Positions 56,301-64,000 of a stretch of DNA of 64,000 nt are shown piece by piece (position 1 is the first letter of the stretch; every line of letters begins with the position of its first letter). The notes beneath the pieces were generated by a model, which worked only from the letters and a program-made list of their open reading frames with translations, searched no databases and was not told the origin of the DNA. The stretch is from positions 4,172,399-4,236,398 of the forward strand of contig MU053934.1 of NCBI GenBank assembly GCA_013239625.1, read 5' to 3'. This DNA comes from Lama guanicoe (lineage: Eukaryota). Position numbers and translations under genes: made by a program.

Positions 56301-59277
56301 GACCCTGAGTTCCAGCCTGTCAGGCAGGGAGGGGCTCGGCACCCACTCCACACTCACTAGTAAAAGGTGCAAGTTAACTGGGAAAAACCTTCAGAGAAAC
56401 AACCACATTCCAGTTTAGATGCTTTCGTCAGCCCCTTCTGTCCTGGGGTCTTCTGATTCGCTGTCAGTCTTGCTCACCTGGTTAAAACGAAGACATCAAG
56501 GAGGGAGGCAGCTGTCGTGAGGCGGTACCAAGTGGTGCCAATCCACCAGTAGAGGAGTCCGAAGAGCCGGCCTGGAAGAGGGCCCGTTGAGCCTAAGTGC
56601 CACCCTGAGCCATCGGCCCGCGTGTCCCCACCTGCAGCCCTCCCTGCCCCTACCCTGGCCCTGACTGCCAGTGCGCCTGTGTCCTGTTCTCCGATACCCA
56701 GTTCTTATAATCCCACCCGCCCACTCTGCCAACGCCCTCCATCCAGCTTCCAAATGAGGGTGCTCCCACGGCTCCTGGCTCCCAGTGATTACTCTAGAAG
56801 GAGCTTCCCCCCACGGTCCTACAGTCCCTTTGTAATGGGCTGGATGCCTGACTGCAGAGAGATGGGGAGCAAGAGGCTGCCAGGGAGAGTGGAAACACGT
56901 GCCCAGAGCAGCCAGCACCCACCTGGAGAAGTGACCACCATCCAGAAAAAAGAGGCCACCTGAGACACAGCGTTTCGGAGCCGTGAACCTGAACCCCGCT
57001 GGTCTGTCTCTGAGTAACCTGCAGGGAAGGAGAGGGAACCAGCTCAGCTTGTCCTCACTCTTAAGAGCCCTGGGACATGGAGACTGTCACTTGTCTTCCC
57101 CTTTAGAATGTGAGCTGAGACCCTGTGTCACTCTCCTTTGAGCCCCCAAATGATAGAGGCTGGCAGCTAGCAGGTTAGTAAATGCTGGCAGAATGAAGTG
57201 CCAGGTTTCTGACATTTTATTTCCCTTGAAGTCTGTGTCTGCTTCCCTCTCCTCGCCAGCAATCTTCAAACCACTGATCAGAACTGGACTAGGGGATCAA
57301 GCACCCCCTACATGTGAAATCCCACATTAAAACCCTTTCTGGGAATGAGTGAAACAAGGGAATTGGCCACAGGCTGCTCAGGCCATGTGGGGCCAGGGCA
57401 ATCTCAGCCCAGTGTATTGAGGGCCACCCAGGCCTGGGCTCAGGGTACCACGGCGGCATAACAGGGATGCCCAGCCGAATACTGGGCTCTCTCAAGCCGT
57501 CAGAGGTGCCTTTCCTGGCTTCCCATCACCTCCCCAGCAGCCCGGGAACCTGGTGGAGCATCTCCCTGAGGCTAGGGAGGGAGGGTGTCCCCTACCTACG
57601 TAGTCATCCTCGGAAGAGTAGCCCGAGGAAGACCCGAGGAAGTCCTCAGAGAGCTTGTTCTCCTGGAGCCCGTTGATTTTGCTGCTCTCAGTGCCACCTG
57701 TGCCTCGCCTCCTTCTCACCCGCAGGTCCTCACCTGAGGAGGGAAGAATGTGGGGTTCTCCTGGGGCTGAGATGCTCTGAGGAGGGTGTTCCAGAGGGAC
57801 TTATGGGGACACCCTGGGGAGCAACTCTGATAAGCAGATGGACTCTGCTCTTAACCCCTCCCGAGCTCTCTGGGTCCAAAGGAAGGTGAGCTGGGACTGG
57901 TCCCTTTAAGATGATAAAGTGGCTATTTTATCATCTTAAAGGGCCTGGGAGTTCAGACACTAGGCTGCTCTTCCAAGGGTTTCCAAAGACAGGGAGCCCC
58001 ACTTCTGGCCCAGCAGTGGTTTGAAAATTTCCCCGGGGGGTACTTTTGGACCATAAATTTCCAGAGGAAGCAGAGAAAGCAAAGGCCCTGGAGAAAGGTG
58101 GTGGACACTCACTCCAGTAGGGGTCCCCATGCAGCTGGTCGTCCAGGATGGAGTTCCTAGTGAGGGAGGCGGCGAGGGCGGCGGCCCGGGGGCTGCCTAT
58201 GTAGGACTCCCTGACCACAGACTCGCTGTAGTAGGAGGTGTGTGCGTCGGAGGAAGGGCCCAGCTGCGGTGCTGGGGAGAGGCGCTTCATGTTGCTGGAC
58301 TTCCTCTTCAACGTCCTGTGGGATATCAGCCAGGAAGAGGGGAGGTGGGAGCAGGCAGGTAAGCCTGGCTGGGAATGGGAAAGTGGCTGCTCTGCCCTCC
58401 TCTGGTGAGTGGGTCGGCCCTGTTGCTGGGCAACTAACAACTCCCATCTGCTGACTGTCTAGTCCGCAAAGCAGGTACTTTCTCTGCTCCCACTATCTCT
58501 GTATCTCACAAGCAGTTAGGTGACATCATCAGTAAGTGATGGAGCCAGGATTCAAATCCAGGTCTCTAACTTCAAAGCCAAAGTGTTCTCTCATGCTTCC
58601 TAATGGATTAGTAATTTCTACAACCCACTGAAAACCCAGGCCAATCTGACCTGGCCTCCTAGTGCTAGTCAAAGCCTCAGGGGCTGTCATCGGGGCCTCC
58701 CGGCTGCAAGTGGAGCAGGCTGAGGCGGGGGCCTGCCTTAGCTCGTGTCCCAGCGCCCCTCAGACTTGCTCCTTTCCTCAGCTGCTCCGCTGGCCCTGCC
58801 GAGGACCTATAGATAGTGTGACACATGGGTGTGGGGCTGGGAGGATAGCCAGACTGGCACACCCATCCATCCACAGCAGAAGGGGTTCCTGTGAGCCCGG
58901 CTCTCTGTTCTGGGGTTTCCGGACTGGCTTATTCTTGAAGCTGCCTCTCCCCACTTCCTGTTCTCTGAACACGAGGGCAGCAGCCTGGCTCACAGTACGG
59001 GGAGAGGACACAGCCGTGAGCCCTGGCATCCCCATAGGTGTGCATGTCTGACCTCTGCCCACAAAGGCTGCAAGAGGAAGAGGTTATGCAGTGAACCGCC
59101 CAAGCCACGTGCTGTGCAGTCAGAGTGATCCACGGTTGGGGCGGGGCAGCCCTACCTGAGAGGGCTGTCTTTAAACGCAGTGCTCTGGCTCCCCATCACT
59201 GAGCTCCCTCCACTGCTGCTGCTGCCATCATCGTCACCCTGGGAGTAGCGCGTGAGGCGCTGGCTTCGTCGAGACAT
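47400..59277 (-). CDS. SUN2: SUN domain-containing protein 2, inner nuclear membrane LINC component (730 aa), 17 coding exons
   Basis: Minus-strand exons 59277-59156, 58315-58113, 57733-57596, 57018-56923, 56571-56478, 55471-55401, 54107-53980, 52668-52414, 51974-51897, 51416-51373, 50809-50644, 50272-50051, 49802-49718, 49359-49244, 49094-48927, 48552-48460, 47513-47400 (2193 nt). Starts MSRRSQRLTRYSQ; TM FLWFLLLLLLLTGLTYGAW; coiled coils; SUN domain DYALESGGASVI...PGNCWAF...NWGHPEYTCIYRFRVHG. Confidence 0.98.
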
Positions 59278-61299
59278 GATGAGGTGGGATGAGGACCCTG
59301 AACCTGAAGAAGTCTTGGGAGAGAAAGGAGGCCACATGAGGCTTGGGGCTGTTCTCAGCCCCTCCCCAGGGGAGGAGAGACAAGGCACTGGACCCCAGCA
59401 AACAGACCACCTCCTGAGATGTGGGTGAGATGGGGCGTCTATTAAGCATCCCAGGTACCCGGCTGCTTACATACCCATTTCTGATCCTTATGACCAAGGG
59501 AGCAAGGGAGGTGTCATTACTCCCATCGTGCAAGGGGGGAAACTGAGACACTAAGGTGATCAGTAACCTGCCCACACCCATCCAGCCTGTAAGTGACAGA
59601 TGCAGGGTTTGAGCTCAGATCTGACAGGCAGCAGGGCCTGGGCCTTTCCACTCTACCCAAAAGTTTTCAAGTTGTTTCCGGAGTGTGTTGTTGTGTCTCC
59701 AACTAGAGTCTTTTATAGCCTCCAATATGTTCAGAACAGGCTGCAGACAGAGTTGTTACACAACAAATACTTGTTAACAAACTAACAAAACAGTCAAGTG
59801 GAGCAGCAGTATGAGTGTGGGATTACGGTCAATCTCTTCCAGCCAGATCAGTCACTACGTGGGTGGGAAACCAAGGCTCTGGAATTGATAACGAGGACTC
59901 AAAGGAGGCCGAGGCGAAAAGATCTGGTAAAGCGCGGCATTCTACAACTCGAGGAGGATTCATAAACCTTTCAGCTGTAGAAACCCAAATTCAAAATCTT
60001 GAAGACCAGCGTGAGCAGTGTGAACACGTTGCCTTCGCTGGCCTGTATCACAAAGTAACTGTTTCACTTCAGCTGGCTCAGGAGTCCCTAGTACTTGCAA
60101 CTTATTATCACACCTAATATTCCTGGTTGATACTTAAATGACTAGTTCTCTGGGTTGTGCCATAGGCTCTAATACATCCCAATTCAGACTACAGAAACCA
60201 GAAGATCTGGTTAGTCCAGCTGAGGAATTCTAGAAAGTCCTCTTCCGCAAAACAAGCTGCCTCATGTCTTGGTCTTATTGGTGTCTTCACAGGTAGGAGG
60301 CCCACCTGGCATCCTGCCCTAGTTTTAGGTGATATTGATAGTAGCCACAACTGATAGTAGCCACAGCAGGGTCTGGGTCTGGGTCTTTTTCTAGATTCCA
60401 CTCCTTATAAGGTAATTCCACCCCCACTACTGCCCTCCCCACCTGAAAGCTCCAGAGGCCCACACAGGCTCCTCCCCTTAAGCCCTGCCCTGCTGAAGTT
60501 GAAGCTTTTGCCCCCGGGGTAGGAACAAAGCAGTGTGTTTCTACAGAACTCAAGCTGCCGCTGGCAAAAATATAAATAAATATTCAGATGGAGGTGTGTG
60601 TTTGTGTGTGGAAGGGGTAAGGGGTGCTGAAAACCGCCAGCAGTCTGCCTCCACCCTCCCAGGGGTGCCTTTTAGTCTTTCCCATACAGTTGGCTATCAC
60701 AAAACTGTTTACCACTGAGTCTGGGTTTCACAAAATGCAGGTCAAGGCCCATCCTCCAAAACAAAACAAGACGTGAGCCTATAGGAGAGTCAGAATAGAC
60801 CCCCCCCACACCTCACACACAAATACAATCAGTTAAGAAACCCTCAAATAAAACATCCCTCCCGACGAGTGAGCTGAACCACATCCTTTTCTCAGCTCCA
60901 TCTTTCCGCGCCCCCGTCACCAACTTATACAGCAGTATCCATCCAGTCTTCAGACTTAATCTAGATCCTGGGCGTCCTCCGCAGGACGTTTTCGCACTTT
61001 ATTCCCTCGTGGGACCTGTAAAAATCTCCAGGTGCTAACTCCATTCTCCCTTCATTTCCTACTGGCTGAACCTGCGGAGGTTATTTACCAACCACGCGCC
61101 TGCCCTGCCTCTCGCTCTAAGTCACACCCCCGCCCCCTATTTGTTTTGTTTGGCTGCTGCTGCTTTTTTTCAGAACTGAACAAAATGGTCCTTCCTCCTA
61201 TTCCCAGAGTTCTGACAGGCGGCGGCAGGAGCAGAGAACTGCCTGCCCTTGGAAACTGCCTGACTGGCACGAAAACGCAGGCACTGCCCTGCGCCAGTT

Positions 61300-62220
61300 T
61301 GGGACAGCGGGGCCTTCTCTCCCCTCCTCCCGGGGAGGTTCGGCCCGGGGAAGTCCCGCCTGGAGACATCCGCCCTCCGGACTGACCAGTGCGGCGGCCA
61401 GTCCCGGGGGCGGGGACCGGGCGTTGCCGATGAGTCAGGGCGGCCTTTGCATGGTGCTGACCCTTCCCGATCGGCCCAGGGGCGTGCGCCGGGCGGGGCT
61501 GGAGCCCGGCCCAGCTTGGCCCGGAGACGAAGAACCAGGCCTGGGCAGTTTGGCTCTGGCCGGTGCCGCCCAACGATGACCCCGGGGTCAGGCCGGGTCC
61601 CGGACCCGAGGGGAGGCGGACGAGGCCAGCCCACCACCCTCGCCCCGCGCGTCCGCCCGCCAGAGGCCCACGGCCGGCTGTTACCTGCTGCCGCCGCTGC
61701 TCGGGGAAGGGCCGGGAACGTCGGAGGCCCGCCGCGTCGCCCAGGCGCCCCCCCTTACCGCGTCAGAGTCCGGGGACCAGCGCTCGGCGCGGGGGTCCGG
61801 GGCAAGCTGGGAGCGGCGACGCTGGACAAGGAGGGCGGGCGGGCGGACGGACAATACGGCCCGCGCAGAACCGCGCTGCGCGAGTGGGGCCAGGCGGCGC
61901 GCTCGTGGCCAAGTGTGTATGTGTGTGCCTGTCAGTCAACGCTGACAGGCCGCAGCCCATTGGCCAGGCCCCGCCCCGCGTCACCGCCCACTGTCGCCGC
62001 CCATTGGAAGATTTGAACACAAAGGCCCCCGGCTCGCCCCGCCCGCCGCGTGGGCCCCGCAAGCGGGGCGCGGCCAGGCGAGAGTCCGCTCGTGGGAGGT
62101 GCGGGCGTGGGAGCGACACCTGGCTGCGGGAGGACTCCACTGGGGCCTGCCAGCAGGGGCTCGGCCGGGCCTGACTGCGCACTTGATTCCGGAGCTGGTG
62201 GCTCAAAACACGTGAGCCAT
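61300..62220 (-). promoter_or_regulatory. SUN2: SUN2 CpG-island promoter and non-coding first exon
   Basis: CpG-dense. Two CCAAT boxes (ATTGG on + near 61960 and 62003) flank a GC box. Minus-strand donors at 61759 (GCG|GTAAGG) and 61685 (CAG|GTAAC). Confidence 0.8.
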
Positions 62221-63575
62221 CTACTAGCGCTGCCTCGTGAGCCTCCCCCCACTCACGGCCTTCTGGGATCCAGCGCTCAGCAAGCTGACTCCACAGGGCC
62301 TGGGTGCCAGGACCCTAAAGGCACTATGGTTGGGGGCACAGCCTCCCCGAGGATGGCCCAAGGGAATAAGGAGGCTGATGACCCCTGGCCTAGGGCCCAC
62401 TGGGAGGGGTAGCACCTAGTGGGCCCTTACTGAACCCTCAAATGATTGTTGGAGGCACAAGTGTTCTTTTGGGCATTTCTACACTTTTTTTTTTTTAACA
62501 ATAAGTAAATGGGTTCATAGAGTTTTTAAGTGATTTGCTTAAAGTCACACAGTTAAAGAGGCAAAATTGAAATTAGAAGATTCTCTCTACATCCAAGTCT
62601 GCGTGTTTTCCATTTCAAGGTTGACTTGGGGATTCCAGATCAGGCAGAAGGCTCTGCCACTTCCCAGTCTGACCCCAGGGCCCCCAAATTTCAGGGCAGA
62701 AGCTTTTCTGGGTTTTAAGGAGGAAGCATGCCACAGTTGGCCCCGAGAAGGTGAGGATGGCTACCTGTTTCTCTGCCTTTCTCAGATCTGCATGTGGAAT
62801 GAGCGCTGAATACTAAATGAATACAATACTGCCTGACTCCAAGGGTCCCTGCCCTGGCTCCCCACTGACCAACTCTACAGATGCAGAGAAAGGGCCCAGC
62901 TTGGGAGGAGTCACTTCTTGTGCAAGCTCTTGTGAGGGAGAAGTGTCGTTATTTCACTTTTAAAGTGCCAAGAGGAAGAGACTAGAAACGACAAAACCAC
63001 TGAGACCGGACAGGAAGGTGCTGGGGTAGGAGAGTGAAGAAATGTGAAGCCCTTGTGCTAAGTCCACTCCAGACAAAAACAACCCACCCTCCCTCGGCCT
63101 GCATTGCCCCACCTGGAAAAGAGGGGCCTCACCTGCACTTACAGCATCTTGAAGACAACAGTGCTTGCTTCTGGGGTTAGACTGCATACGAGCTCCCTGA
63201 GGACAAGGGCCGGCTCTTCAGGACCTGGCACAGGGCCTGGATCATGTCTGAGCGTCTGCTGAACGTAGAATGAGTGAAATGAGAATTCAAATCAGATTTA
63301 GAGTCAGTGTCCAGGTAGGGAGGGGCCTTATCTTGACACCTTCTTCTCCTCAAGGTGCTTAACTCCCTGGTTCTGTCCTCGCCAGTTCCAGGGGAATCTC
63401 CACATCCCGCCACCTGCACTGCAGAGCCAGCTTCACTCCTCTCTGAGGACCCTTCCCAGGATGTGCTGGTTTGTAAAACAAGAGGCTGCGTGCCTTCCAC
63501 TGGTTTCAGGCAAGGGCCAGGCCCACAGGCTGGCTGGAGGCAGCCCTCTAGTAAACTGTGTTGCCTCTGTGGGCC

Positions 63576-64000
63576 TGTAGTAAGTGAATTATTAGCCCCA
63601 AAGATGTTAGGTCCTAATCCCCGGAAGCAGTGAATGTTACTGGACATGGAAAGTCTTTGCAGATGTGATTGAATGAAGGATTTTGAGATGGGGAGGTTAT
63701 CCTGGATTATCAGGGTGGGCTCTAAATGTAATATCACCAGTGTCCTTATAAGAGACAGAGGAAGGAGCAAAGTGACTGGCCGCAGAGTGTGTGGCCATGA
63801 GACCAGGAATGCTGGCAGCCACCAGAAGCTGGGAAAAGCCAGGAATGGCTTCTTCCCTGAGACTCTCGAGAAAGCAGGGCCCTGCTGACACTTTGATTTT
63901 GGCCCAGTGATTTTGATTTTGGACTTGTGGTCTTCTAAAGTGTAAGAGAATAAATTTCTGTTGCTTTAAGTCACCAAATTTGTGGTAACTTGTTACAGCA
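63576..64000 (+). mobile_element. MLT1 (ERVL-MaLR) LTR
   Basis: Diagnostic CCCCAAAGATGT..GTCCTAATCCC, TTTGCAGATGTGATT, GAGATGGGGAGGTTATCCTGGATTATC and AATAAATTTCTGTTGCTTTAAG...TTGTTACAGCA motifs. Confidence 0.9.

Noticed and set aside
57019..57069. In-phase 51-nt upstream acceptor extension of a SUN2 exon (I recall a longer human isoform near here)
   Set aside because: The extension contains an in-frame TGA in this sequence, so it cannot give a longer protein.

Overview
Mammalian genomic DNA containing the conserved TOMM22(+) / JOSD1(-) / GTPBP1(+) / SUN2(-) gene cluster, syntenic with human 22q13.1. All four CDSs could be spliced by hand across GT-AG introns into uninterrupted frames of 142, 202, 669 and 730 aa. 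Each gene has its own CpG-island promoter. TOMM22/JOSD1 and GTPBP1/SUN2 are convergent, and JOSD1/GTPBP1 are divergent. Repeats are ERV solo LTRs, an MLT1 LTR, L1 and L2 fragments, many MIRs and a few DNA-transposon MITEs. I recognised no Alu, B1, Bov-tA or PRE1 SINEs; this, plus the L1 3' end at ~28.9 kb, suggests a cetartiodactyl, possibly a camelid (inference). There is one 405-N gap that looks artefactual. I see no evidence for a wholly new gene system, and most ORFs in the supplied track are noise. The best leads are post-transcriptional and unverified: a candidate poison exon and alternative C-terminal exons in GTPBP1, an overlapping Pumilio/miR-221/222 element in the SUN2 3'UTR, a uORF-rich JOSD1 leader, and a recursive-splice-like SUN2 exon.
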